From Deltaproteobacteria bacterium (lineage in GTDB: Bacteria; Myxococcota_A; UBA9160; SMWR01): 64,000 bases of DNA. The notes under the pieces are model-generated. The model saw only the letters and a program-made list of their open reading frames with translations, ran no database searches and was not told where the DNA came from. Where the stretch lies: positions 1 through 64,000 of the forward strand of contig JAQBHB010000002.1 of NCBI GenBank assembly GCA_032128115.1, read 5' to 3'. How positions within the stretch are numbered: the stretch's first letter is position 1; each line of letters begins with the position of its first letter. This document shows positions 37,808-48,282 of this stretch, piece by piece. The translations under genes and the position numbers were made by a program.

Positions 37808-38983
37808 CTACTCGGGTTCGAGCTGGAAGCGCTCGAGGTAGGGGGCGAAGGCCTCTCGGATGGCTTCCGGAGCGATCCCGAACTCCTCGGGCGTATAGCG
37901 ATGGATTCCGTGCTTGCCCTTGGGGTTGTCCGCGATGAAGGCCTTCATCGCGGTGGCGCCTGTCTCCGTCATGGGCAGATCGAAGGCGCGGTAGATCTTC
38001 TCGACCTCGCCGAATTGATTGGAGACGAAATCCTGGAAGTACATGTCGTAGAACCGGGCGTCCGGATAGGCTGCGGCGCTTCGCACGGAGATGGCGTGCT
38101 CGAGCACGTGCTTGATGCGCGCGGTCCAGTCCGACGCGATCTCCACCGGGTCCACTTCGTCACTGCCCATGGATCGAACCAGTGCGGTGAGGCTCGCGTA
38201 CGACGTCATGGTCTTTACGGGGTCCCTATGCGTGAAGACGATGCGCGCATCCGGATACGTGCGAAGCAGGTGCTCGAGCCCCCACATGTGGGCGCCCGTC
38301 TTGAGCACCCAGCGCGGTCCCGGGTTGCGGAACTGCAGGTGCTGCAGCTGCTGGATGTGGAAATCGTAGACGTGCTTCCAGTCCGCTTCGAAGTCGACCC
38401 AGTCCTCGTAGCTGGGGACCCGGAACTGATTGTGGAACAAGGGAGTGCACATGGTCTCGCCCATCAGGGTCACGCACTCCTGGGACAGCTGGGCGCCCAT
38501 GGGATGCATGGCCTTGAAGGCGGGGATCTGGAGTTCGACCCCCGGGAAGGTCGCGGCGCAGGCCTCGATGCGCGGGTCCGTCGCAAAGCTTGCCGCTTCC
38601 GGGGGCGGCGAGGGGAACATGGCCTCCCAGGTCAGCGGTACCTTGTTGTCCGGGTCCGCGCCCAGGATGTCGTGCAGGATCGTGGTGCCGGTGCGCGGCA
38701 TGCCGACGATGAAGACGGGCTTCGCGATCTTCTCCTGCGCGATCTCGGGCCACGACTTGCGGTCGCCCACATAGTCGAGGCGGTTGCGGGTGTGCCCAAG
38801 TACGCGCTCGCGCGCAATCATGCGACCGATGGCGTTGAGCCGCCCTTCGCGTTCCAGGGAAGCGAGCAGGCGCTCGAGGGGTTCGAGGAAGGGCCCCGGG
38901 CCGAAGTCCTGGCGACCCCCGGCCCGCCGCCACGCCTCCTGGAGGATCGAGTCCAGTTCGAGACTCGTCGCGCTTTCACTCAT
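37808..38983 (-). CDS. Sulfotransferase family protein
   Basis: PAPS-binding FIVGMPRTGTT, WVLK, THRDP..S. Confidence 0.9.
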   Translation of the reverse strand: MSESATSLELDSILQEAWRRAGGRQDFGPGPFLEPLERLLASLEREGRLNAIGRMIARERVLGHTRNRLDYVGDRKSWPEIAQEKIAKPVFIVGMPRTGTTILHDILGADPDNKVPLTWEAMFPSPPPEAASFATDPRIEACAATFPGVELQIPAFKAMHPMGAQLSQECVTLMGETMCTPLFHNQFRVPSYEDWVDFEADWKHVYDFHIQQLQHLQFRNPGPRWVLKTGAHMWGLEHLLRTYPDARIVFTHRDPVKTMTSYASLTALVRSMGSDEVDPVEIASDWTARIKHVLEHAISVRSAAAYPDARFYDMYFQDFVSNQFGEVEKIYRAFDLPMTETGATAMKAFIADNPKGKHGIHRYTPEEFGIAPEAIREAFAPYLERFQLEPE

Positions 38984-39109
38984 CTTCGGCTCCTCCGTGC
39001 GTCCTGGAACGCAGGCTACCGTACCCCCTGCCCGCGCAGGCGAGCGCATTCGGCAGCGGCCGCGCTGCCCCCCCTTCTTCGCTCCCGCCGTGTAAACTGA
39101 CGGCCTGCC

Positions 39110-39133
39110 AGATACACCGGGAGATACACCGGG
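39110..39133. repeat. Perfect 12-bp tandem duplication AGATACACCGGG
   Basis: 39110-39121 and 39122-39133 in the amidohydrolase leader. Confidence 0.85.
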
Positions 39134-39159
39134 CCGAGACCCGGATCCCAGGGAGCCCC

Positions 39160-40341
39160 ATGGCCGATCTGTTTCGCGACGCCGCCAGCATCGATTACCC
39201 GATCGTCGATTGCGACTCCCACGTGAACGAACCGCCGGATCTGTGGCAGGAGCGCGTGCCCGCTCGCTGGAAGGATCGCGCCCCCATGGTGAAACACACC
39301 GAGAAGGGCGATGTCTGGCTCTTCGACGGCGGGCGCGAGAAGTGGCCCGTGGGCCTCACGGCCGTGGCCGGACTCTCCTACTTCGACTTCCGGCCCATGG
39401 GCATCACGTACGAAAGCATGCGCCCGGGGAGCTTCGACACCAAGGCGCGTCTGCAGGACATGGACGCGGACGGCATCTACGCCCAGGTGCTGTACCCGAG
39501 CGTCACGCTCAAGGGCGCCAAGATCTACAGCGACGAGCGCGAATTGCAGCTCGTGTGTGTTCGCGCCTACAACGACTGGCTGCTGGAATTCTGCCAGGGT
39601 TCCGGGGGCCGGCTGATTCCCCAGGCCATCATCCCCACCACCGGGCTCGACGACGCGCTCGCCGAACTCGACTACGCCCTGGCGAACGATCACCGGGGAA
39701 TCGTGATCTCTTCGTTTCCCAACGGGAGCATCGACCCCAAGCCCGAGGACGATCGCTTCTGGGCGGCGATCCAGGAGGCCGGCTGCCCCGTTTCGGTGCA
39801 CATCGGAAGTTTCGTGCGGGCCGACCTGGCGGGGCGACGCGAGTCGTGGTCGTCGCTGGCCTTCGTGGGCATGGCCGCGCTCACCAAGGCGGGCGGCCAG
39901 ACGCTGCCCGCCGTGTGCGACATCCTGTTCTCGGGAATCTTCCAGCGCTTTCCGGAACTCAAGATCGTGCTGGTGGAATCCAACATCGGCTGGATCCCCA
40001 CGCTTCTCGAACAGAGCGACGACATGTTCCGGCGCTATCGCTGGTACACCGGCGCCGTCAACGAGCAGAAGGAGATGCCCAGCGACATCTTCTTCCGGAA
40101 CTTCTGGGCCACCTTCATGGTGGACACGGTGGGCATGGACCTGCGCCACCGCATGAACGTGGACCACCTGATGTGGTCCACCGACTACCCCCACAGCGGC
40201 TCGGACTGGCCCAATTCGCGGATCACCATCGAGCGGGTGTTCCGGGACGTCCCGGTGGACCAGGTCAAGAAGATGCTCCACAGCAACTGCGTGAAGCTCT
40301 ACGGACTGGACCACATTCCCGAGCGTCTACCCCACCGCTGA
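39160..40341 (+). CDS. Amidohydrolase_2 family protein
   Basis: DCDSHVNEP, DMDADGI, VHIG, ESNIGW, WSTDYPH. Confidence 0.92.
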   Translation: MADLFRDAASIDYPIVDCDSHVNEPPDLWQERVPARWKDRAPMVKHTEKGDVWLFDGGREKWPVGLTAVAGLSYFDFRPMGITYESMRPGSFDTKARLQDMDADGIYAQVLYPSVTLKGAKIYSDERELQLVCVRAYNDWLLEFCQGSGGRLIPQAIIPTTGLDDALAELDYALANDHRGIVISSFPNGSIDPKPEDDRFWAAIQEAGCPVSVHIGSFVRADLAGRRESWSSLAFVGMAALTKAGGQTLPAVCDILFSGIFQRFPELKIVLVESNIGWIPTLLEQSDDMFRRYRWYTGAVNEQKEMPSDIFFRNFWATFMVDTVGMDLRHRMNVDHLMWSTDYPHSGSDWPNSRITIERVFRDVPVDQVKKMLHSNCVKLYGLDHIPERLPHR

Positions 40342-40435
40342 ATGGATACGGTGCTTTTTCACCACATCTCCGAGGCTTGAAAACCCTGTCTCGGCCGCGC
40401 TACTAGACCAACGCTTCCTGGGGGACCCATCTCGC

Positions 40436-41572
40436 ATGACCGCGCTGAAGGTCGGGATCGTGGGCGTGGGCAACTGCGCCAGTTCCCTGGTTCAGGGGAT
40501 CGAGTACTACCGCGGCCGCAGCGCCGAGGACGCGGTGGGCCTCATGCACTGGAGCCTCGGCGGCTATACGCCCGCGAGCCTCGAGGTGGTGGCCGCCTTC
40601 GACATCGATGCCCGCAAGGTGGGGCACGACGTGAGCGAAGCGATCTTCGCCGCGCCCAACTGCACCACGGTCTTCCATCCCAACGTGCCCAAGGCCGGCA
40701 TTCCGGTGCGCATGGGCCGCATCCTGGACGGCTTCTCCGATCACATGCGCGACTACGAGGAGCGCCGCACCTTCGTGCTCTCGGACGCATTCGAGGCCGA
40801 CCGGGATGAGGTGGTGCGCGTTCTCGTGGACGCGGGCACCCACGTGCTCGTGAACTATCTGCCGGTGGGATCGGAGCAGGCCACGCGTTTCTACGCCGAG
40901 TGCGCTCTCGAGGCGCGCTGTGCCTTCGTGAACTGCATGCCCGTATTCATCGCCAGCAATCCCGACTGGGCCCGGCGCTTCGAGGAAGCGAACCTCCCGA
41001 TCGTGGGCGACGACATCAAGGCCCAACTGGGCGCCACCATCACCCACCGCATGCTCACCGACCTGTTCCACAAGCGGGGCGTCAAGCTCGAGCGCACCTA
41101 CCAGCTCAACACGGGCGGCAACACCGACTTCCTCAACATGCTGAACCGGACGCGGCTCTCCTCCAAGAAGGAGTCGAAGACCGAAGCGGTGCAGTCGGTG
41201 GCCGCCGAGCGACTCGACCCGAACGACATCCACATCGGACCCAGCGACTACGTGGCCTGGCAGAAGGACAACAAGGTCTGCTTCCTGCGCATGGAGGGAA
41301 GGCTCTTCGGCGACGTTCCCATGAACCTGGAGCTCCGCCTGTCCGTCGAGGACTCGCCCAATTCCGCCGGTGTCTCCATCGACGCCATCCGCTGCTGCAA
41401 GCTGGCGCTGGAGCGGGGCACAGGCGGCGTCCTGCACGGCCCCTCCGCCTACCTGATGAAGCACCCCCCCGTACAACACACGGACGACGAAGCCCACCGC
41501 ATGATCAACGCCTTCATCAACGGCACGGACAGTGACGAAGTAGCCCCCCGCAAGGCCAGCGCCACCGCCTAG
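40436..41572 (+). CDS. ino1: Myo-inositol-1-phosphate synthase
   Basis: GVGNCASSLVQG, NYLPVGS, GDDIKAQLGAT, GGNTDFLNM, DSPNSAG. Confidence 0.95.
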   Translation: MTALKVGIVGVGNCASSLVQGIEYYRGRSAEDAVGLMHWSLGGYTPASLEVVAAFDIDARKVGHDVSEAIFAAPNCTTVFHPNVPKAGIPVRMGRILDGFSDHMRDYEERRTFVLSDAFEADRDEVVRVLVDAGTHVLVNYLPVGSEQATRFYAECALEARCAFVNCMPVFIASNPDWARRFEEANLPIVGDDIKAQLGATITHRMLTDLFHKRGVKLERTYQLNTGGNTDFLNMLNRTRLSSKKESKTEAVQSVAAERLDPNDIHIGPSDYVAWQKDNKVCFLRMEGRLFGDVPMNLELRLSVEDSPNSAGVSIDAIRCCKLALERGTGGVLHGPSAYLMKHPPVQHTDDEAHRMINAFINGTDSDEVAPRKASATA

Positions 41573-41584
41573 CCCCGCACTCCC

Positions 41585-42295
41585 TCACCCCCATGGCGAC
41601 CAACGCGCCGATCGAAGCAACCGACTCTCCCACCGATCGCGAACTTCGAGCGCATCGTGCATCCACCCGCCCGGCTGCTTGTACTGCTCCGGCACCTCGC
41701 GCGAAATCAAAGGCGATAGCGCCTTCGGCTTCATCACCTTCTGCCACAGCACGATCTCGCGCCTGCGCCCGCCGCCGTGGGCGGTGCGAAAGGCGGCGTC
41801 GACGCTCAAGATCGAGGTGCCCGACGCCTTCGCCCGCGCCATCTCCGCTGAATAGTGCGAGCCCGATCGCTCCACGTAGGCCTCGAGCCGGCCCTCGTAG
41901 GGCCAGACCGTGTCCTCCATGAAGACCGACGGGTCGCGATCGGCCACAGCCGTGGGCACCTGCGCCAGATCCACCTCCTGGAGCGGAGACCACGGCAGCG
42001 GCACCAGGATCTTGCCCGTGACGTCGTGGCGCAGGCCGTCGAGCTTCTCGGCCGCCAGAGCCAGATCGCCAGCGTCGATGCGCCGCACCAGCGCCTCGAA
42101 GGCCGCGCCGTCGCGGAGGGCGGTGATGGTGACCACGTTGTACGAGACGCCGGTGCCGTGGGCGTGGTGCAGGAAGTAGAGCAGGCGCGCGTCGCCACCC
42201 GAGCCGAGCGCCGGCCACCACTCGTCGCGGAACGCCGCCTCGAAGGCGTCTTCGTGGCGACCCATCACCTCGTGGACTTCGTGCAGGTAGAGCAT
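41585..42295 (-). CDS. NIPSNAP-like dimeric alpha/beta-barrel hypothetical protein
   Basis: Two similar halves (YLHEVH / VFMEDTV), C-terminal WESRLLRSARWSP; RBS GGAG. Confidence 0.6.
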   Translation of the reverse strand: MLYLHEVHEVMGRHEDAFEAAFRDEWWPALGSGGDARLLYFLHHAHGTGVSYNVVTITALRDGAAFEALVRRIDAGDLALAAEKLDGLRHDVTGKILVPLPWSPLQEVDLAQVPTAVADRDPSVFMEDTVWPYEGRLEAYVERSGSHYSAEMARAKASGTSILSVDAAFRTAHGGGRRREIVLWQKVMKPKALSPLISREVPEQYKQPGGWMHDALEVRDRWESRLLRSARWSPWG

Positions 42296-42307
42296 GCTTC
42301 TCCGTCT

Positions 42308-43464
42308 TCAGGCGGGAGAGCGGCCGAATTCCGCCAGGATCGCCGCGCGGTCGGCATCCAGCTCGGGCGCCGGCTCCCGCGTGTCGGGATCGTCGAACGC
42401 CGAGAGCTTGATGGGGTTTCCGGCCAGGCTGAGACCCCCCGGCTCCCCTCGACCCGCACCAGCATGTTGCGCGCCGCCACCTGGGGATCGCGCAGCATGG
42501 CTTCCACGTCGTTCACCGGGCCGCACGGCACACCGGCTCGCTCCAGGCACTCGAGCCACTCGACGGTGGTGGCGCCGGAGAGTGCGGCTTCCAACGAGGA
42601 CCGGAGCTCATCGGCATGCTGCGTGCGCGACGGGTTGTCGGCGAAACGGGAATCCGCGACCAGCTCGGAGCAGGCGAGGACCTCGCAGAGCCTGGCGAAG
42701 AGATCGTCGTTGCCGGCGGCGATCACCAGATATCCGTCGCGTGTGGCCAGGGCCTCGAAGGGGGTGATCGACGGGTGACGCGAGCCCAGGGGGCCCGGTA
42801 TCTCGCCGGTGGCCTGGTAGCGCGCCACCGCGTTCTCGAGCGTGGCGATCTGGGCGTCCAGCATGGCCACGTCCACCTGCATGCCCTCGCCGCTCTGCAC
42901 ACGAGCCAGCAGCGCCGCCTGGATGCCGATCGCCGTGAACAGCCCCGCGGTGATGTCGCCCATGGAGCTCCCCACCCGGGTGGGAGGCCCGCCCGGGTGC
43001 CCGGTGAGGCTCATGATGCCGCCCATGGCCTGCACCACGATGTCGTAGGCGGGCCGCTTCGCGTAGGGGCCGCTCTGCCCGAACCCGGACGTGGACGCCA
43101 TCACCAGCCGCGGGAAGCGCGCGTGCAGGGCCTCCCAGCCGTAGCCCAGGCGATCCATGACGCCGGGCCGGAAGTTCTCGGTGAGCACGTCGGCCCGCGT
43201 CAGCAGCGCCTCGAAGATGGCGCGGTCGGCAGCGTCCTTGAGATCCAGGGCGATGCTCTGCTTGCCCCGGTTCAGGGACAGGAAGTAGGCCGAGCGCCCG
43301 CGGAGGAAGGGGCCGACCCGGCGCGCGTCGTCCCCGCCGCGCGGCGACTCCACCTTGATCACTCGCGCGCCCAGATCGGCGAGCACCATGGTGCAGAACG
43401 GACCCGCGAGCACGCGGGTCAGGTCGACGACGAGAGTGCCGCTGAGCGGCCCGGCCACGGGCAT
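42308..43464 (-). pseudogene. CaiB/BaiF CoA-transferase with a frameshift near 42445 (real or sequencing error)
   Basis: DLTRVLAGPF, NRGKQS, ENFRPG, AYD motifs in one frame; the family-like C-terminus AGNPIKLS...APELDADR is in the adjacent frame ending at 42308. Confidence 0.8.
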
Positions 43465-45255
43465 TCAGCCCCTGGCGGACTTCAGCCGCTGCTCCAGCGC
43501 GTCGAGTTCTTCGAGCAGCGCCTTGGGCGCGCGGTCGCCGAACTTCGCGTAGTACTCGCGGATGCCCGGACACTCGGCCTGCCAGGCCGCCACATCCACC
43601 TGGAGCAGCTCAGCCAGGTCGTCGCCCGTGACGTCCAGACCCGATACGTCGAGCTCGCCCTCCGCCGGCACGTTGCCGATGGGGGTCTCGCTGGCCTTGG
43701 CCGTCCCCGCGCAGCGCTCGAAGATCCACTTGAGCACGCGGCTGTTCTCGCCGTAGCCGGGCCACAGGAAATCGCCGCCCTCGCCCTTGCGGAACCAGTT
43801 GACGTAATACACGCGCGGCAGGTCTGCGCCCGCGCGCTGGCCGATGCGGAGCCAATGCCCCCAGTAGTCGGCCATGTTGTATCCGCAGAAGGGCAGCATG
43901 GCCATGGGATCACGGCGCAGGTCGCCCACCTTGCCGGCAGCGGCGGCGGTCTTTTCGCTGCCCATGATCGAGCCCAGGAACGTGCCGTGCTGCCAGCTGC
44001 GCGCCTCGGACACCAACGGCACGACACTCGCCCGGCGGCCGCCGAAGAGGATGGCACTGATGGGCACGCCCCTGGGATCCTCCCACTCGTCGGCGATCAC
44101 CGGGCACTGGCGGGCGGGCGCCGTGAAGCGCGCGTTCGGGTGGGCCGCGGGCGTTCCGGATTCGGGCGTCCACGCGTTGCCGCGCCAGTCGGTGAGCTTC
44201 GCCGGAGGCTCATCGGTCATCTCCTCCCACCAGACGTCGCCGTCCGGCGTGAGGGCGCAGTTGGTGAAGAAGCTGTTTTCCTGGAAGCTCAGCATGGCGT
44301 TCGGATTCGATTTCATGCTGGTGCCCGGCGCCACTCCGAAGAATCCGTACTCGGGATTGATGGCGTAGAGGCGGCCGTCCTCGCCGAACTTCATCCAGGC
44401 GATGTCGTCTCCGATGGTCTCTACCTTCCAGCCTTCGATGGTGGGCTCCAGCATCGCCAGGTTGGTCTTGCCGCAAGCGCTGGGGAAGGCGGCACAGATG
44501 TACCGGGCCTCGCCCCGGGGCGACGTGATCTTGAGGATCAGCATGTGTTCGGCGAGCCAGCCCTCGTCGCGGGCCATGGCCGAGGCGATGCGGAGGGCGA
44601 AACACTTCTTGCCCAGCAGGGCGTTGCCGCCGTAGCCCGAGCCGAACGACCAGATCTCGCGGGTCTCCGGGAAGTGCACGATGTACTTGTTGTCGGAGTT
44701 GCAGGGCCAGGGCACGTCCTTGCGCCCCTTCGCAAGGGGAGCGCCCACCGAGTGCAGACAGGGCACGAAGTCGCCATCGCCAAGCGTCTCGAGCACCTTC
44801 TTCCCCATGCGCGTCATGATGCGCATGTTCGCCACCACGTAGGGCGAGTCGCTGATCTGCACACCGATGTGTGCGATGGGCGAGCCGATGGGTCCCATGC
44901 TGAAGGGGATCACGTACATCGTCCGGCCCTTCATGCAGCCGCCGAACAGGCCTTCGAGCGTCCGACGCATTTCGCCGGGGTCGGCCCAGTTGTTGGTGGG
45001 GCCGGCATCCACTTCTTTTTCGCTGCAGATGAAGGTTCGGCCTTCGACCCGCGCCACGTCCGCCGGGTCCGACAGGATCAGGTAGCTGTTGGGCCGCCTG
45101 GTCTCGTCGAGCTTGCGGGCGGTGCCGCTCTCGACCATGAGCTGGATCATCTCCTCGGCTTCTTCCGGCGACCCGTCACACCAGCGGACCGCGTCCGGCT
45201 GGCACAGGGCCTCCATCCCTCGAACCCAGGATCCGAGCTTCTCGTTCTTCGTCAT
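43465..45255 (-). CDS. pckG: Phosphoenolpyruvate carboxykinase (GTP)
   Basis: [52 protein letters not shown]. Confidence 0.97.
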   Translation of the reverse strand: MTKNEKLGSWVRGMEALCQPDAVRWCDGSPEEAEEMIQLMVESGTARKLDETRRPNSYLILSDPADVARVEGRTFICSEKEVDAGPTNNWADPGEMRRTLEGLFGGCMKGRTMYVIPFSMGPIGSPIAHIGVQISDSPYVVANMRIMTRMGKKVLETLGDGDFVPCLHSVGAPLAKGRKDVPWPCNSDNKYIVHFPETREIWSFGSGYGGNALLGKKCFALRIASAMARDEGWLAEHMLILKITSPRGEARYICAAFPSACGKTNLAMLEPTIEGWKVETIGDDIAWMKFGEDGRLYAINPEYGFFGVAPGTSMKSNPNAMLSFQENSFFTNCALTPDGDVWWEEMTDEPPAKLTDWRGNAWTPESGTPAAHPNARFTAPARQCPVIADEWEDPRGVPISAILFGGRRASVVPLVSEARSWQHGTFLGSIMGSEKTAAAAGKVGDLRRDPMAMLPFCGYNMADYWGHWLRIGQRAGADLPRVYYVNWFRKGEGGDFLWPGYGENSRVLKWIFERCAGTAKASETPIGNVPAEGELDVSGLDVTGDDLAELLQVDVAAWQAECPGIREYYAKFGDRAPKALLEELDALEQRLKSARG

Positions 45256-45290
45256 CTCAGCGCCCCTGCGTCTCATCCGTTGGACCCCGC

Positions 45291-45328
45291 AAAAAGAAAA
45301 CCGGCGTCCCCCCCGAAAAGGGGCGCCG
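45291..45328 (-). terminator. Rho-independent terminator-like hairpin between the MAPEG gene and pckG
   Basis: CGGCGCCCC...GGGGACGCCG stem followed by GTTTTCTTTTT on the minus strand. Confidence 0.6.
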
Positions 45329-45355
45329 CACCGCCCGCCAGTATAAACCCCGGGC

Positions 45356-45766
45356 TCAGAAGAGGGCAACGATGGCTCCGACGAGCCCTCCCCAGGCGAG
45401 TATCAGGTTGGCCAGCAACGTGAGCCCGAAGCCGGGGCCGCGCTTGGCGGGGTTGGTGATATAGGCCCGAGCGTAGAGCGCCCGGCCCAGGATGAAGAGC
45501 AGGCCCACCGCCGCCCCGACCCGGTCGCTCACGAATGCGGAAAACAGGAACAGGGCCGGCAGAAACACCACCAGCTGCTCCACCGTATTGCCCTGGATCC
45601 GGAGGTAGCGCTCGAACTCCGTGTTGCCGGTAGTGGCGGGGGCCGGAACGCCCAGACGCCCTCGGGCCTGCCCCGTCATGAAGACGAAGACGGTGTACTC
45701 GATCAGCGCGACGGCCGCGACGATGGACGAATATTGGAAACCCTGGAGAGGCCCTGCGAATTCCAC
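45356..45766 (-). CDS. MAPEG family protein
   Basis: GQARGR.GV.AP...G..EFER..R..GNTVE, GRALYA..Y. Confidence 0.88.
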   Translation of the reverse strand: MEFAGPLQGFQYSSIVAAVALIEYTVFVFMTGQARGRLGVPAPATTGNTEFERYLRIQGNTVEQLVVFLPALFLFSAFVSDRVGAAVGLLFILGRALYARAYITNPAKRGPGFGLTLLANLILAWGGLVGAIVALF

Positions 45767-45841
45767 GCGGTCCGCCTTGGCACAGGAAGGGCGCCAGGGG
45801 CCGTGATACCACTCCAGGGCAGCGAATGACAGAACAAACGG

Positions 45842-46705
45842 TCAGGCGCCCGAGCGCGGGCGGATCAGCCCCTCCTGGGCCATGGACACCACCAGGACCC
45901 CGTCGCGGCTGAACAGGCGCCCGGTGCTGAAGCCGCGGGCCCCGGCGGCGGCCGTGCTCTCCTGCTGGTAGAGCAGCCACCGGTCCGCGCGGAACGGGCG
46001 GTGGAACCACATGGCGTGGTCGAGCGACGCCACCTGGTGATTGTCGTCGATCCACGACACGTCGTGGGGCAACAGCGCCGTGTCCATCAGGGTGAGGTCC
46101 GAGGCGTAGGCCGCGACGCATTGGTGCAACAGCAACGAGTCGGGCAGCGCGCCGTTGCTGCGAACCCAGACCTGCATGTGGGGCGGACGCCGGCCCGGCG
46201 CCATGGGGTTGATGTCCTCCACGTAGCGCACGTCGATGGGCCGCTCGCGCTCGGCCCACACGCGCTCGGACTCGGGCAGGCTGTCGGCAAACGAGAGAAC
46301 CCGGTCGCGCCAACTGGCCAGCGATTCAGGGTCGGGTGCGACCGGCATCTCGGCCTGGTGCTCGGGCCCCTTCTCGGGTTTCTGGAACGACGCCTCCAGG
46401 TGGAAGATGGCGCGGCCGTGCTGGATGGCGGTGGCGCGTCGGGTGGTGAAGCTTCGCCCGTCGCGGGTGCGATCCACCTGGTAGAGAATCGGGTGGTTCG
46501 GATCTCCCGGGCGCAGGAAATAGGAGTGGAGCGAATGGGTCTGACCGTCCTCGACGGTGCGCCCCGCCGCCACCAGTGCCTGCCCCAACACCTGGCCCCC
46601 GAACACCCGCTGGGAGCGATCGTCCGGGCTCTTGCCCCGGAAGAGGTCTACCTCGAGGTGCTCCAGGTCGAGCAGGGCGAGCAGTTCGTCGAGGGCTTTC
46701 TGCAT
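45842..46705 (-). CDS. tesB: Acyl-CoA thioesterase II
   Basis: VFGGQVLGQAL, HSLHSYFLRPG, RDGRSFTTRR, AYASD, SLDHAMWFHR, QEGLIR. Confidence 0.95.
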   Translation of the reverse strand: MQKALDELLALLDLEHLEVDLFRGKSPDDRSQRVFGGQVLGQALVAAGRTVEDGQTHSLHSYFLRPGDPNHPILYQVDRTRDGRSFTTRRATAIQHGRAIFHLEASFQKPEKGPEHQAEMPVAPDPESLASWRDRVLSFADSLPESERVWAERERPIDVRYVEDINPMAPGRRPPHMQVWVRSNGALPDSLLLHQCVAAYASDLTLMDTALLPHDVSWIDDNHQVASLDHAMWFHRPFRADRWLLYQQESTAAAGARGFSTGRLFSRDGVLVVSMAQEGLIRPRSGA

Positions 46706-46782
46706 GGGGCTTCGGGTTGCGACCGGCCGGGCAACACGAGCAGATCGCGTCCACGACGGTACCCTGTGGCGGGGAGGCGCGC

Positions 46783-47400
46783 TTGTTTCGGATCCTTGCC
46801 GAAGACCTGAAGGCGGTCCAGACCAACGATCCCTCGGCGACGAGCGCGATCGAAACGCTGCTCGTGCACACTCCCCTGCACGCGATCCTGCTGTACCGGT
46901 TGGCCCACTGGCTGCACGCGGTGCTTCACGTGCCGGTGATTCCACGCCTGATCTCGGCTGTGGGCCGCTTCTGGACGGGCGTCGAGATCCACCCGGGGGC
47001 GAAGATCGGCCGGCGCTTCTTCATCGACCACGGCACTGGCCTCGTGATCGGCGAGACCTCGGAGGTGGGCGACGACTGCGTCTTCTTCCACAACGTGACC
47101 CTGGGTGGCACCGGAAAGCACCGGGGAAAGCGCCACCCGACGGTGCGCGACAACGTGTTCATCGGAACCGGTGCGACGCTGCTGGGTCCGATCACGGTAG
47201 GGTCGAACGTGAAGATCGGAGCCAACTCGTTCATCCGCATGCACGATGTGCCGCCCGGCTGCACGGCGGCGGGAACCCCGGCGAGAATCGTGAAGCGCGG
47301 CAACAAGCGCGTGAACGAGGAGCTTCCCCGAACGCAGATCTCGGACGCCTCGATCCCCATTCCCCTCCCGAACGACCTTCGTGATACAAAGCCCTCGTGA
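46783..47400 (+). CDS. cysE: Serine O-acetyltransferase
   Basis: TGVEIHPGAKIG.RFFIDHGTG.VIGET, TLGGTGK...KRHP; TTG start after GGGGAGG. Confidence 0.9.
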   Translation: MFRILAEDLKAVQTNDPSATSAIETLLVHTPLHAILLYRLAHWLHAVLHVPVIPRLISAVGRFWTGVEIHPGAKIGRRFFIDHGTGLVIGETSEVGDDCVFFHNVTLGGTGKHRGKRHPTVRDNVFIGTGATLLGPITVGSNVKIGANSFIRMHDVPPGCTAAGTPARIVKRGNKRVNEELPRTQISDASIPIPLPNDLRDTKPS

Positions 47401-48260
47401 ACGCGCCCGCCGAAAAACTGCGCGCCCTGCTGGAGGCTCCCGGCCTGCGGGTGATGCCCTGCTGCTTCGACGCCCTCTCGGCCCGGCTGATCGAGCGGGC
47501 CGGCTTTCCGCTCACCTTCATGAGCGGATTCGCGGTGTCGGCCACGCGCCTGGCCCTGCCGGACACAGGCCTGATCTCCTACGGCGAGATGCTCGACCAG
47601 GGGCGCAACATCTGTTCCTCGGTCTCGATCCCGGTGATCGGAGACGCCGACACGGGCTACGGAAACGCCCTCAATGTGAAGCGCACCGTGGAAGGCTACG
47701 CCCGGGCCGGATTCGCCTGCGCCATGATCGAAGACCAGGTGGCCCCCAAGCGCTGCGGCCACACCGAGGGCAAGCAGGTGGTGGAGCGCGACCAGGCCCT
47801 GGCCCGGGTGCGCGCGGCGGTGGACGCTCGCGACGAGGGCGCCGGCATCCTGGTCATGGCCCGCACCGACGCCCGCGCTCCCCATGGCCTGGACGAGGCC
47901 CTCTGGCGGGCCCGCGAGTTTGCGAAGCTCGGCGCCGACATCGTGTTCTGCGAAGCGCCACGCAGCGAGGCGGAAATGCAGCGCATCTGCGCCGAGGTAG
48001 ACGCCCCCCAGATGGCGAACCTGGTGGAGGGCGGGAGCACCCCGGTGTTGCCGCCGGCGCGCCTGGAAGAGATCGGCTTCAAGATTGCGGCCTATCCACT
48101 GACGCTGTTGTCCGCGGCCGTGGACGCCATGCAGAGGGCCCTGGATGCAATCGAGCGGGGAATTCCCGCCGAGCGATTGTTGGACTTCGAAAACCTGCGC
48201 GAGCTGGTAGGATTCGACCGCTACGACGCGGCGCGCTCGCGCTACGCCGACGGAGGCTAG
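47397..48260 (+). CDS. Isocitrate lyase/PEP mutase family (PrpB-like)
   Basis: DALSAR, DADTGYG, IEDQVAPKRCGH, ARTDA. Confidence 0.92.
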   Translation: MNAPAEKLRALLEAPGLRVMPCCFDALSARLIERAGFPLTFMSGFAVSATRLALPDTGLISYGEMLDQGRNICSSVSIPVIGDADTGYGNALNVKRTVEGYARAGFACAMIEDQVAPKRCGHTEGKQVVERDQALARVRAAVDARDEGAGILVMARTDARAPHGLDEALWRAREFAKLGADIVFCEAPRSEAEMQRICAEVDAPQMANLVEGGSTPVLPPARLEEIGFKIAAYPLTLLSAAVDAMQRALDAIERGIPAERLLDFENLRELVGFDRYDAARSRYADGG

Positions 48261-48282
48261 CGGAGGCAAGCGGAGGCAGGAA

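Noticed and set aside
42616..45423. 935-aa plus-strand ORF (and the similar 53815-56736, 13041-15035, 37067-39100, 60286-62616)
   Set aside because: Shadow frames opposite well-supported genes; low-complexity Arg/Gly/Ala/His-rich translations.
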